24,037 nt of DNA from a virus. Taxonomy: Duplodnaviria > Caudoviricetes. The notes below the pieces were generated by a model. It saw only the letters and a list, made by a program, of their open reading frames with translations. It did not search any database and was not told the DNA's origin. The stretch is from positions 1 to 24,037 of IMG/VR virus record IMGVR_UViG_3300033067_001674; one strand, 5' to 3'. A program made the translations under genes and the position numbers. This document shows, piece after piece, positions 7,914 through 16,550 of the stretch (position 1 is its first letter; the number at the start of each line of letters is the position of its first letter).

Positions 7914-8425
7914 GCCTCCGGTTGACCGGTGGCGCGGGGTTCCGCGCCATGCTCGCCCGCGCGCAAGCGCTCGCTACCGGCGCCCTGTCGAAGCGGATCG
8001 CTCCTCGCATCGCGGGCGACACGATCGTCAAGCTCGGCGCGCGCGCGCGCGAGACGGCCACCGCTCCGTCGGGGCGCCGCTGGCCCGCCACCAAGGACGG
8101 GCGAGCGCTCCGCTGGCCTGCGCAAGCCTCGGTTCGGGCCGAGGTGCAAGACGGCAAGATCCGACTCGTCGTGGCCGGGCCGGCCTACCTCGCCCCGCAG
8201 CACTCGGGATGGCGCAAGGTCCGCCAGGCGTCGACGCGCGAGTTCCTTGCAAGCATGAGCGCCAACGCTAGCAAGGGTCAGACCCGCAAGCGGTGGGGAG
8301 GCAAGCCGCGCCGGATCGCCCCCAAGGGCCCTGTGCCGAAGCCGTGGGCGGCGGTCATCGCCAAGGCGCTCAACATCGGATGGCGCTCCTTCATGTCGAC
8401 GAAGGGCGTCCGTCGCGCGAGGTGA
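7910..8425 (+). CDS. Basic virion morphogenesis / tail completion protein (Mu gpG / P2 gpS-like)
   Basis: APSGRRWPATK and AYLAPQHSG resemble the P-x-G-x-x-W and Y-x-x-x-HQ-x-G motifs of this family. Very basic; neck-region position. Confidence 0.55.
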   Translation: MSLRLTGGAGFRAMLARAQALATGALSKRIAPRIAGDTIVKLGARARETATAPSGRRWPATKDGRALRWPAQASVRAEVQDGKIRLVVAGPAYLAPQHSGWRKVRQASTREFLASMSANASKGQTRKRWGGKPRRIAPKGPVPKPWAAVIAKALNIGWRSFMSTKGVRRAR

Positions 8426-8428
8426 CCC

Positions 8429-8950
8429 GTGGCCGATCCGCAGTACTACCTCGGGCCGAAAGCGGACATCTTCGATCCCATCGCCGCGATGATCGAGGCG
8501 AAGACCGGGATCCCGAGCTACTTCCTCGAGCAGTCGACCAACCGGCGCCCGGTCCACTACGAGTGGAGCCCGCAGGCCGGCACCTTCACCGGCGCCAAAC
8601 ATGTCGGTCACGGCCCTCGCGTGCTCGCGCACGTCGAGTGGTCCGTGCAGGTCCTCTGTCGTGGGAAGACGCATGACGAGGCGTGGAAGATGGCGGCGTG
8701 GTTCGCCTCGGCCGCGCGACGCGTGAAGGCTGCCGGCTTCCGTCTCGACGCGTGGTCGGTGCCGGAGTCGAGCTCTCAGCCCGCGACCCAGAAGACAGAC
8801 GTGATCCTCACCTGCACCTTCCTCGCTCCATTCGTCGAGCTCCCGATCGACTCCGAAGGCGTGGAGCCGGTCAAGGTGACTGCGGTTGGCTTCGACACGG
8901 CTGTCCCCTACGGCACCGACGACGGCACTCTGCGACCGCCCACCGGCTGA
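8429..8950 (+). CDS. Putative tail terminator / neck protein
   Basis: 173 aa immediately upstream of the sheath gene; alpha/beta pattern (VQVLCRGKTHDEAWKMA). Assigned mainly by synteny. Confidence 0.5.
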   Translation: MADPQYYLGPKADIFDPIAAMIEAKTGIPSYFLEQSTNRRPVHYEWSPQAGTFTGAKHVGHGPRVLAHVEWSVQVLCRGKTHDEAWKMAAWFASAARRVKAAGFRLDAWSVPESSSQPATQKTDVILTCTFLAPFVELPIDSEGVEPVKVTAVGFDTAVPYGTDDGTLRPPTG

Positions 8951-9008
8951 CTCGCCCCACTCCTCACTCGCCGACCGCGACCGCGCGCCGGCTGACCCCG
9001 CACGCCCC

Positions 9009-9029
9009 CGGAGACTCATCCCATGGCCA
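9009..9029 (+). promoter_or_regulatory. Shine-Dalgarno/start motif CGGAGAC-N4-CCCATGGCCA of the sheath gene
   Basis: cggagac tcat ccc atggcca. Confidence 0.75.
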
Positions 9030-10528
9030 TCGGCAGCGCAAGCGTCGCGTTCCGCGAAGGACAACTCCCCGTCGCCGCGGAGAGCACCGACAACCTGATC
9101 GTCGTCTACGGCTACTGCACGCTCGGCACCACCGGGACGCTCTACTCGTTCCAGGGCGCAAGCCCGGCGGACGTGGTGACGCAGCTCGGCTACGGCCCGC
9201 TTGCGCAGCTCGTCGCCGAGCTCATGTCGACCCCCGGTCATGGTCCGGTCGTCGCCGTCCCGTGTGCGGCCACCGCCGGCGTCCTCTCGTCCGTCACCGC
9301 CGCCGGCACCTCGCCGCCCACGGTGACCCTGACGGGCAACTCGGTCGACGAGTTCCTCGGCCGCGTCGAGATCCGCTCTGCTGGCGCGCGCGGCACCGCG
9401 ACGTTCCGCTACTCGCTCGACTACGACTCGGCGAACCCCACAGCGGCGACGTGGAGCGGTGACATCGTCACCGCGGCCACCTACGTCATGGACAACAGCG
9501 GCGTCACGCTCAACTTCGCCGTCGGCTCGTACGCCACCGACAACGTCTACACCTTCACCGGCGCCCAGCCGACGCACTCCGACGCCCAGATCACCGCCGG
9601 GATGGACGCCGTCTTCGCTGCCGGCACCGACTTCGGGATCGGCTACGTGGTCCAGCGCCCGCGCGGCGTGGACGATGCCGCCGGCGTGACCGCCATGGCT
9701 ACGACCTTTGCCGCGGTCTCCGCGAAGGTCGATACGCTCGAGTCCACCGGCTACAAGTACACCCTGCACCTGATCGAGGCCCCACGCCCCCTCGCGGCCG
9801 ACTCCTCGGGTCTTGCCACGTGGCGCGGCGCCCTCACCGGCGCCACCGCGCAGGCACTCGCGCACAAGCGCATGGCCATCGTGGCCGGCTACGGGCGCAT
9901 CAAGAGCGTCGTGGACCAGCGCGTGACCCGACGCCCGGTCGGCTGGCGCATCCTGCAGCGACTCTCCGTCGCCGACATCTCCGAGAAGATTTCTCGCGTC
10001 GACTCCGGCCCGCTCCCGACGTTGCTCTCGATCGAGCACGACGAGGGTACGACCGGCGGACTCGGCAGCGGGTCCACCGGGCAGCGCTACCTGACGTGCC
10101 GAACGTGGGCTGGAAAAAACGGCTTCTACGCGGCGAGCGATCCGACGTTCGCGAGCGTGGGGTCGGACTACTCGATCATCGTGCGTCTGCGTGTCGTCAA
10201 CCGTGGCGCGAAGGTGCTCCGCAACGGACTCCTGCGCTACGTCGACGACACGATCCTTGCCGACTCCACCACCGGCAAGATTCTCGAGACCGAGGCGCAG
10301 CACATCGACGAGGACATCACGCAGCAGCTCGTCGACGCGCTGGTCAACAGCAAGAGTCGCTCGGGCAAGCCGCACGTCTCGAGCGTGGCGAGTCGCGTGA
10401 ATCGCACGGACGCCATCCTCACCACGAGCACGCTGACCGGCACCGCGGCGATCCAGCCTGCGGGCTACGCCACCGCCATCGCCTTCACCATCGGCTTCAC
10501 CGGGGCGACCGTCTCGGCGGCTGCCTGA
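9023..10528 (+). CDS. Contractile tail sheath protein (DUF2586-like)
   Basis: 501 aa. LGYGPLAQ, ISRVDSGPL, RYLTCRTWAGKNGFY, GSDYSIIVRLRVVNR and C-terminal IQPAGYATAIAFTIGF are typical sheath motifs. Precedes the tube gene. Confidence 0.9.
   Translation: MAIGSASVAFREGQLPVAAESTDNLIVVYGYCTLGTTGTLYSFQGASPADVVTQLGYGPLAQLVAELMSTPGHGPVVAVPCAATAGVLSSVTAAGTSPPTVTLTGNSVDEFLGRVEIRSAGARGTATFRYSLDYDSANPTAATWSGDIVTAATYVMDNSGVTLNFAVGSYATDNVYTFTGAQPTHSDAQITAGMDAVFAAGTDFGIGYVVQRPRGVDDAAGVTAMATTFAAVSAKVDTLESTGYKYTLHLIEAPRPLAADSSGLATWRGALTGATAQALAHKRMAIVAGYGRIKSVVDQRVTRRPVGWRILQRLSVADISEKISRVDSGPLPTLLSIEHDEGTTGGLGSGSTGQRYLTCRTWAGKNGFYAASDPTFASVGSDYSIIVRLRVVNRGAKVLRNGLLRYVDDTILADSTTGKILETEAQHIDEDITQQLVDALVNSKSRSGKPHVSSVASRVNRTDAILTTSTLTGTAAIQPAGYATAIAFTIGFTGATVSAAA
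9302..9321 (+). repeat. 20-nt direct repeat copy 2 (GCCGGCACCTCGCCGCCCAC), in the sheath gene
   Basis: Identical to 6068-6087. Confidence 0.9.
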
Positions 10529-10554
10529 TTCTCCCCACCCTAGAGGGCTGACCC

Positions 10555-10998
10555 ATGCCGCTGCCTCCCGACATCGAACCCGGCTTTCTCTACTCGCACG
10601 TCAGCGACGACGTGCGCGCGTACGGCCTCCGCATGAAAGGGACCACGGAGGTCACCTTCTCCGTGGAGACCGAGGACGCCGAGGAGTACGGTTCCAGCAC
10701 CGACCCCATCGGGGCGACGCGCGGTCGCAACAAGTACAGCCTGAGCCTCACCCTGCTGCTCTCGGCGTGGGAAGGGTTCTGCTCCGACTGCGACGCCAAG
10801 GGCATCGCTCCCATGAAGCGCGCCGGGTCGATCGTGTGGGTCATCTCCGAGCCGGGGCAGCCGACGATCACCATGCGCGCGAACGTGAACAAGTTGAAGA
10901 AGATGGAGCTCGGCGCCGCTGACGGTCCCGACGCCCACAAGGTGAAGGTCGAGGCCACCGTGCTGAAGATCCTTCGCAACGGGAAGCCCATCGCATGA
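10555..10998 (+). CDS. Tail tube protein
   Basis: 147 aa directly after the sheath gene. GTTEVTFS...YGSSTDPIGATRGRNKYSLSLTL and ILRNG patterns are typical of myophage tubes. Confidence 0.8.
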   Translation: MPLPPDIEPGFLYSHVSDDVRAYGLRMKGTTEVTFSVETEDAEEYGSSTDPIGATRGRNKYSLSLTLLLSAWEGFCSDCDAKGIAPMKRAGSIVWVISEPGQPTITMRANVNKLKKMELGAADGPDAHKVKVEATVLKILRNGKPIA

Positions 10999-11342
10999 AG
11001 TCGCTGGCGGAATGCAAGGCGGGTGGGGCGCAGATCTGGACGGCAACCGTCGCCGGACACGAACTCCACTTTCGTCGACCCACGACCCGAGAGTGGGCGG
11101 AGTTCGAGGCGGTGCAGCTCAGCGTCGAGGCGCGCAAGGACGGCGCCTCGTTCGCGGAACTGCAACTCGCCGCCGAACGCCTCATCGTGCGCGTCGTCGA
11201 GTCGCACACGCCCGAGGAACTGCAGGATCTCAACGATGCCTTGCTCGGCATCTGGATCCCCGTGATCGGTCAGGTCGTCGACGCGGTCATGAGCATCCGA
11301 GCCGCCGCGGGAAAAGCGCAGAGCGAGCCTGGGCCCGCGTAA
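10995..11342 (+). CDS. Tail assembly chaperone (gpG analogue)
   Basis: Between tube and tape measure genes; ELHFRRPTTREW motif; slippery heptamer near the 3' end. Confidence 0.8.
   Translation: MKSLAECKAGGAQIWTATVAGHELHFRRPTTREWAEFEAVQLSVEARKDGASFAELQLAAERLIVRVVESHTPEELQDLNDALLGIWIPVIGQVVDAVMSIRAAAGKAQSEPGPA
11309..11315 (+). promoter_or_regulatory. Programmed -1 ribosomal frameshift site G GGA AAA
   Basis: X XXY YYZ heptamer correctly phased in the chaperone frame (GCG GGA AAA). The -1 frame is open to TGA 11545, 3 nt before the tape measure start. Confidence 0.85.
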
Positions 11343-11545
11343 GCCGAGGCCGCGAAGCCGAGCGCGTCTACCACCTGGCCCGAGCAATCCTCGTCTCTCG
11401 TGGCCAAGACGACCTCGACCCGTACGCATGGGCCGACGCGGCCACCGAGGCGCAAGCGCGCGTCGACCTTGGCGTGCTTCGAGGCCTTGTCGAAGGCTTC
11501 CTCACCAGCAAGCAATCCGCGCCATCCCGGCGCCGCACGAGGTGA
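11309..11545 (+). CDS. C-terminal extension of frameshifted tail assembly chaperone (gpGT analogue)
   Basis: The -1 frame reads GKSAERAWARVSRGREAERVYHLARAIL...LVEGFLTSKQSAPSRRRTR*. It has no obvious start of its own and fills the gap to the tape measure gene. Confidence 0.8.
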   Translation, partial: GKSAERAWARVSRGREAERVYHLARAILVSRGQDDLDPYAWADAATEAQARVDLGVLRGLVEGFLTSKQSAPSRRRTR

Positions 11546-11548
11546 CCC

Positions 11549-13285
11549 GTGACCGAGTCCGTGCAGTGGGCCCTCGAGCTCACCGACAAGGTGACGCCCG
11601 ACGGCAAGCGCATCGTCAAGATGCTCGGCGAGATCGGGAAGGGTGCGGACAAGGCCGGCAAGATCGCGAGCAAGGAAGCCACGAAGGGCCTCGAGTCGAT
11701 CGGCAAGGCGGCGGTCACCACGGCCGCAAAGTACGTCGCGCTTTCGAAGGCGTGGGCGCTCGGCGTCAACCTCGCCGAGACCGGCAAGGGACTCGTCCTC
11801 GACGCGCAAGGATTCAAAGACCGCTCCGGCATCGCGCTCTCGGCGCTGCTCAAGAGCGAGAAGGCCGCCGCAGGCGCCTACAGTCGCCTCGTCGACTTCG
11901 CCCACTTCTTCGGCGAAGACCCGACCGAGGCGATCACGCGTTTTCAGAACCTCCTCGCGGGCGGCTGGTCTCAGCGCGACGCAGAGAAGATCATGCAGAG
12001 CTTCGGCGACCTGAAGCTCGTGACACCGACCGTGAACATCGACTCGCTCGGGTCGGCGTTCTCGACCATCCGGAGCAAGGCCAAGCTCGACCTCGCCGAC
12101 TTCCAAGCGGCGGTCAGTGCGGGCGGCCTGAACCTCACGCTGGCCTACGAGGCAATCGGCAAGAAGATCGGCCGCAACGCGAAGCAGGTCGAGGCGATCA
12201 TCGGCTCCGGCCAGGTGAACGCCAACGTCGGCATCATCGGCCTGCTCGACGCGATCAACCAGCGCACGAACAGCAGCAAGGCCGGCGAGCAGCTCGGCAA
12301 GTTCGCGAACACTACGACCGGGATGATCGAGCGGCTCAAGCACCTGCCGTCGCAGTTCGTGATGCGGATGACGGCCGACGACTCGCCCATCAAGGCGTCG
12401 CTCGGCAAGGTGCTCGAGTACCTCGACCCCAAGGGCCCGAACGCGGGCCGCATCATCGGCGCGCTCAACACCGCCTTCGTCAAGATCGGGCAGACGCTCG
12501 CGTCTCTCGCCACGCCGGAGGGGATGGAGAAACTGTCCAAGGGTCTCGCTGCGTTCATCGACGCGGTGCCCAAGATCGTTTCGGCGACCGCGGCGATTTC
12601 CAAGGCCATTCTGTTCATCGTCAACGGCGTCACCAGCTTCCGCGACAACATTCGGTTCCTGTGGGCCGAGGTGAAGCGCGGAGGCGCCATCGCCACGACG
12701 TTCCTCGCGTCGGTGGCCGGCCTGCTCGTCCCCATCGTCGGCATCGGTGTGGCGGCGGTCGGCGCGGCCAACTGGGTGATCAACGCGGTGAAGACGATCG
12801 GCGCGTGGTTCGCGGACCTGGGCAAGAAGGCGCTCGGGTTCGGGACGGCCATCGTCGACGGGCTGTGGCAAGGCATCAAAGACGCCTGGGCCAACCTGCT
12901 GAAGAACATCAAGGGCCTGCTCGACCTTCTCCCGGCCGCCGCCAAGAAGGCGCTCGGGATCGCGTCGCCGTCCAAGGTTTTCATGGAGATCGGCGGCTAC
13001 ACCGCCGAGGGCTTCGGCAAGGGCTACGCCGCGGAGAGCTCCGACGCACGCGCCGTCATGGTCGCCAGCATCGAGGACTCGAAGCGTGCCGCCACGGTGG
13101 CCGCATCGACGAGCATCGGTGGCAACACGATCAGCAACGTGGCCAACAACCGCACCGGGCCGTCTGTCGGTCAGGTCACCGTCCACGTCGACGGCGGGAC
13201 CGGGGACATGGACCGGGACGATTTCGCGTGGAGCGTCGAGCGCGGTCTCGGGCGCGCGTTCGATCGACTTGCCGCCGCAGGATGA
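11549..13285 (+). CDS. Tail tape measure protein (578 aa)
   Basis: Long Ala/Gly/Lys-rich helical protein after the chaperone. N-terminal LELTDKVT, hydrophobic stretch, W/F-periodic repeats, and hallmark LGIASPSKVFMEIGGYTAEGF. Confidence 0.93.
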   Translation: MTESVQWALELTDKVTPDGKRIVKMLGEIGKGADKAGKIASKEATKGLESIGKAAVTTAAKYVALSKAWALGVNLAETGKGLVLDAQGFKDRSGIALSALLKSEKAAAGAYSRLVDFAHFFGEDPTEAITRFQNLLAGGWSQRDAEKIMQSFGDLKLVTPTVNIDSLGSAFSTIRSKAKLDLADFQAAVSAGGLNLTLAYEAIGKKIGRNAKQVEAIIGSGQVNANVGIIGLLDAINQRTNSSKAGEQLGKFANTTTGMIERLKHLPSQFVMRMTADDSPIKASLGKVLEYLDPKGPNAGRIIGALNTAFVKIGQTLASLATPEGMEKLSKGLAAFIDAVPKIVSATAAISKAILFIVNGVTSFRDNIRFLWAEVKRGGAIATTFLASVAGLLVPIVGIGVAAVGAANWVINAVKTIGAWFADLGKKALGFGTAIVDGLWQGIKDAWANLLKNIKGLLDLLPAAAKKALGIASPSKVFMEIGGYTAEGFGKGYAAESSDARAVMVASIEDSKRAATVAASTSIGGNTISNVANNRTGPSVGQVTVHVDGGTGDMDRDDFAWSVERGLGRAFDRLAAAG

Positions 13286-13294
13286 ACCGCACCG

Positions 13295-13942
13295 ATGGCC
13301 ACGCGACACGCCTTCCCGCCGAACAGCGCTCTCGGCGATCAAGTCGAGATCGCCGGCATCCTCGTCGACCCAACGCTCGTGGTCTGCGAGGTGCGCAACC
13401 TCAAGGTGGGGATCAACGTCGACATCAAGGAAGGCCCCGGTATCAACGGCGCCGCGCTCACGTTCCAGGGAAAGAAGCTCGCGCGATGGACCATCGAGCT
13501 TCGGGCCGGTCACGAAGGCGGTAGCGAGAAGGCCACCGCCGAAGAGGGCTACGCCATCCTCGAGGAGCTCGCGACGAAGATCGTGCAGAAGTCGATGGGT
13601 GGTGTCGTCAAGACGAAGACCGTTGGCGGCGTCACAACGCGCGAGACGGCATGCACGCCCGTGGCGGTGCGGCATCCTCGCCTTGCCGCGCGCGGGGTTA
13701 CGGCCGCAGTCTTCCTTGACATGGAAGGCCCCGAGCGGCAGGACTCGCTCGGCTACGTCGTCACGATCGACTGCATCCAGTACGCGCCGCCGCTCAAGCT
13801 GAACGTCTCGAAGCCGCTGCAGGGAGACATCCTGAACGGCGTGGCGGACACCTTCTCGGCGAGTGGCGCTGGCGCCGCTCCGCCATCCACCACTTCGCCT
13901 CAGCTCCCGCAGCCGCCCAGCGCGACCCCTGCGAAGCCGTGA
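13295..13942 (+). CDS. Putative tail tube initiator / distal tail protein
   Basis: Directly after the tape measure gene and before the hub; DIKEGPGINGAALTFQG tube-like loop; Pro-rich tail. Assigned mainly by synteny. Confidence 0.5.
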   Translation: MATRHAFPPNSALGDQVEIAGILVDPTLVVCEVRNLKVGINVDIKEGPGINGAALTFQGKKLARWTIELRAGHEGGSEKATAEEGYAILEELATKIVQKSMGGVVKTKTVGGVTTRETACTPVAVRHPRLAARGVTAAVFLDMEGPERQDSLGYVVTIDCIQYAPPLKLNVSKPLQGDILNGVADTFSASGAGAAPPSTTSPQLPQPPSATPAKP

Positions 13943-13949
13943 CCCGCCG

Positions 13950-15083
13950 ATGGCCCTCCTCACCCTTGGCGACTCGCCGGTGCTGTCCGGATCCATCACG
14001 CGGCCCCTGCGTGGGCCGTGGTCGGCGGATCTGGAGGTCGACGCGGACGCCGCACCGACCGGGACGCTAACCCTCGCTGGCGCCGGCCTCTCCCTCGTTG
14101 GGACCGTTGTCACGTCGCAGTCTTGGAACGACCGCCAACGCGCGCGCGTCGTCGGCGGCAAGGGCGGGCTCGGCAAGGTCGTCGGACCGGCCTTCTACCG
14201 CTCCACGACGCTCCGCACCGTCGTCTCGGTTCTGCTCTCCGCGGTGGGTGAGACCCTGTCGCCCACCTCCGACGCGACCACGCTGGCGACCCCGGTCCCG
14301 GTGTGGGTCCGCCTCGGCGGCACCGCGGGTGCCTGCCTCGACGCCATCCTCGGCGTCTACGCTCCCGCGGCGCTGTGGCGCGTGCTCCCCGACGGTTCGG
14401 TGTACGTGGGCCCGGCGACGTGGCCGACGGTGACCTCGACGGCGGTGGTGCAGGACAATCGCGGCGACGAGGACGTGGCCGACCTGGCGGGCGAGGACCT
14501 CTCCCTCGACGCGGGCGTCACCGTCTCGGGTCGCAAGGTCGGCCTCGCGCGGCACCGCATCCGCCCTGCGGGGCTCCGGTCCGAGGCGTGGTGGTACACC
14601 GGGGCCGAGCGCGGACTCGCCGCGACCGTTCGCGCCCTCGTCGAGCGCATCGTCGGCCAGCGGCTCGATCTCCTGGCTGCTTACTCCGCCCGCGTCGTCT
14701 CACAGAACGCCGACGGCACCCTCGAGCTCGTCCCCTACTCGGGCAAGCTCCCGCCCCTCACACGCGTCCCGATCCGCTACGGCGTGCCTGGGGTGTCGGC
14801 GAAGGTTGCCGCAGGCTCCCGCGTGCTCGTCGAGTTCGAGGCCGGCGTGGCGTCCTCGCCGATCGCCACCGTGTGGGACGTGGCCAGCGTGACGGAGCTC
14901 ACCGTCACCGCAACCACGATCAAGCTCTCGGGCGAGCGCATGACCGCGTACGAAGGCGACGCGATTGTGGCCATGGTCGACTCAGCGACGGTCAAAGCGC
15001 TCTATGCGGCGCCGCTTCCGATCTCGATGCCGGTGACCGGCTACATCCTGGCGTCGAGCGCCAAGAAGGTGCGTGGGGCGTAG
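13950..15083 (+). CDS. Fused baseplate hub and central spike protein (VgrG-like architecture)
   Basis: Start ATG 13950. N-terminal hub-like part (PLRGPWSADLEVD, WRVLPDGSVYVG), then a gpV/gp5-type OB-fold (ARVVSQNADGTLELVP...RVPIRYGVPG...GSRVLVEFEAG..SSP) and a short beta-rich tail. Confidence 0.75.
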   Translation: MALLTLGDSPVLSGSITRPLRGPWSADLEVDADAAPTGTLTLAGAGLSLVGTVVTSQSWNDRQRARVVGGKGGLGKVVGPAFYRSTTLRTVVSVLLSAVGETLSPTSDATTLATPVPVWVRLGGTAGACLDAILGVYAPAALWRVLPDGSVYVGPATWPTVTSTAVVQDNRGDEDVADLAGEDLSLDAGVTVSGRKVGLARHRIRPAGLRSEAWWYTGAERGLAATVRALVERIVGQRLDLLAAYSARVVSQNADGTLELVPYSGKLPPLTRVPIRYGVPGVSAKVAAGSRVLVEFEAGVASSPIATVWDVASVTELTVTATTIKLSGERMTAYEGDAIVAMVDSATVKALYAAPLPISMPVTGYILASSAKKVRGA

Positions 15084-15085
15084 CG

Positions 15086-15616
15086 ATGGCGGTCACCTAC
15101 CTCGGGTCCAAGACGGTCGGCGCTGCGTGTCTCTCGATCGGCCTCGCGCTCCCCGCGCTGGCGCCCGCGCTCGCAGACCTCGCAGGCCGCATCGGTGCGC
15201 TCAACGCCCAGATCACCAGCAACCTCGCGATCATCTCGAGCCCGCCAAACCCGGTCGCGCTCGCGGCATCCCTTGCCGCTGCCGCTGCCGGCGTGGTCGC
15301 CGCCGTGCCGCTGATCGTGGCAGCCATCCCCACCCCTCTTCTCTCGGCCAACGTCGACCTCGCCGCCTCCGTAGCGACACTCGAGGCAACACGCACGCTC
15401 ATGCAGGGCGTCGTCGACATGCTCACGGCTGCCGCGTCTGCGGGAGGCGTCCACGTGCTTGCCGTCGACTCCACCCAAGGCACCCTCGGCGGAGAGCACG
15501 GCGCCGAGCTCGCCGGCCGCGTCTCCCTCCCCACCGCTCGACTCCAGGGCGTGACGCTGGTCACCGAGTCCCCTGCCACGTTCACCGCGCTTTCCTCCGT
15601 CCTGCTCACCGGGTGA
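15086..15616 (+). CDS. Hypothetical hydrophobic helical protein (176 aa)
   Basis: ATG 2 nt after the spike gene stop; Ala/Leu-rich; GC3-rich codons; ends 3 nt before the next ATG. Confidence 0.7.
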   Translation: MAVTYLGSKTVGAACLSIGLALPALAPALADLAGRIGALNAQITSNLAIISSPPNPVALAASLAAAAAGVVAAVPLIVAAIPTPLLSANVDLAASVATLEATRTLMQGVVDMLTAAASAGGVHVLAVDSTQGTLGGEHGAELAGRVSLPTARLQGVTLVTESPATFTALSSVLLTG

Positions 15617-15619
15617 CAC

Positions 15620-15994
15620 ATGGCCGCCGTTGCTGCATGCACGATCTCCACGACCGGCCTGCTCGAGGCCGTGAGCGCCCTCGTGGGGCTCGGGCTCGTC
15701 GACGTGGCGTGCGACGTGTCGTCGCAGAACACCAAGGTGACGCTCACGGGCACACTTGGCCTCGCCGGGGACACGCTGGCGACCGTCGACGCGATCACCA
15801 GCATCACCGCGGGCCGGCGCATGGTCCGGCTGCCAACGCTCAAGGCGCTGCTCACGGCCGTCCCGTCGAGCGTGGGCACCGTGGCGCTCGCGTTCTTCGA
15901 CGCCGCTCCGCCGGCCGCCGCGTACGTGACGCTCACCTACGGCAGCAGCCCGCAACGAGTCCTGATCATCCCGAACCTCGCCACGGGGGCCTGA
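15620..15994 (+). CDS. Hypothetical protein (124 aa)
   Basis: Fits the operon tiling; stop overlaps the next ATG (TGATG). Confidence 0.7.
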   Translation: MAAVAACTISTTGLLEAVSALVGLGLVDVACDVSSQNTKVTLTGTLGLAGDTLATVDAITSITAGRRMVRLPTLKALLTAVPSSVGTVALAFFDAAPPAAAYVTLTYGSSPQRVLIIPNLATGA

Positions 15995-16398
15995 TGTCCA
16001 AAAGCAACACGACCGAAAACGACGTCCTCAAGGCGGTATTGACCGGGGTCGACCCGTCGTGGCGCGCTAACGCCAACCGTTACCTCGCCCTTCACACCGC
16101 CGACCCCGGCGAGGGCGGCTCGCAGACCACAAGCGAGGCGACCTACACGGGCTACACCCGCATCGCCATCGCGACGGGTGCGTGGACCGACGGCGGCTCA
16201 TCGTTCACCAACTCGGCGCTCCTGCAATTCCCACAGTGCACCGGCGGCACGAACGCGATCACCCACGTCTCGATCGGGACCCTCGTCTCCGGCGCAGGGC
16301 AGATCCTGTATTCCGGCGCACTCAACTCGCCGCTCTCGGTCGCCAACCTGATTCAGCCGCAGTTCGCCGCGGGTGCGCTCACGGTGACGGAAGACTGA
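15994..16398 (+). CDS. Putative virion structural protein of the YLALHTADP family (134 aa)
   Basis: MSKSNTTENDVL...YLALHTADPGEGG...EATYTGYTRIAI...FPQCTG...ITHVSIG...FAAGALTVTED, a pattern I recognise from phage tail-region proteins. Confidence 0.7.
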   Translation: MSKSNTTENDVLKAVLTGVDPSWRANANRYLALHTADPGEGGSQTTSEATYTGYTRIAIATGAWTDGGSSFTNSALLQFPQCTGGTNAITHVSIGTLVSGAGQILYSGALNSPLSVANLIQPQFAAGALTVTED

Positions 16399-16400
16399 CC

Positions 16401-16550
16401 GTGTACGCCTGCGCCACGTGCAAGCTCGCCGTCATCGTCCTGCGGGACGGCGCCGTCGTGCGCGTCGTGCGCGCATGCTCGTGCAGCGGGCCCATCGTCG
16501 CCGAGATGCGCGTCGCCATGAAGGGCCAGGGCGGTGGCGGGGTTCGCTAG
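16401..16550 (+). CDS. Small Cys-rich protein (49 aa; CxxC...CxC)
   Basis: GTG 2 nt after the previous stop; MYACATCKLAVIV...RACSCSGPIVAEM; fills the gap before 16534. Confidence 0.6.
   Translation: MYACATCKLAVIVLRDGAVVRVVRACSCSGPIVAEMRVAMKGQGGGGVR

Noticed and set aside
7676-10375. 899-aa minus-strand ORF
   Set aside because: Antisense shadow of the neck and sheath genes. Arg/Gly-rich with no motifs; long stop-free antisense frames are expected with strong GC3 bias.
11270-14176. 968-aa minus-strand ORF
   Set aside because: Antisense to the tape measure and neighbouring genes; same high-GC artefact with no recognisable domain.
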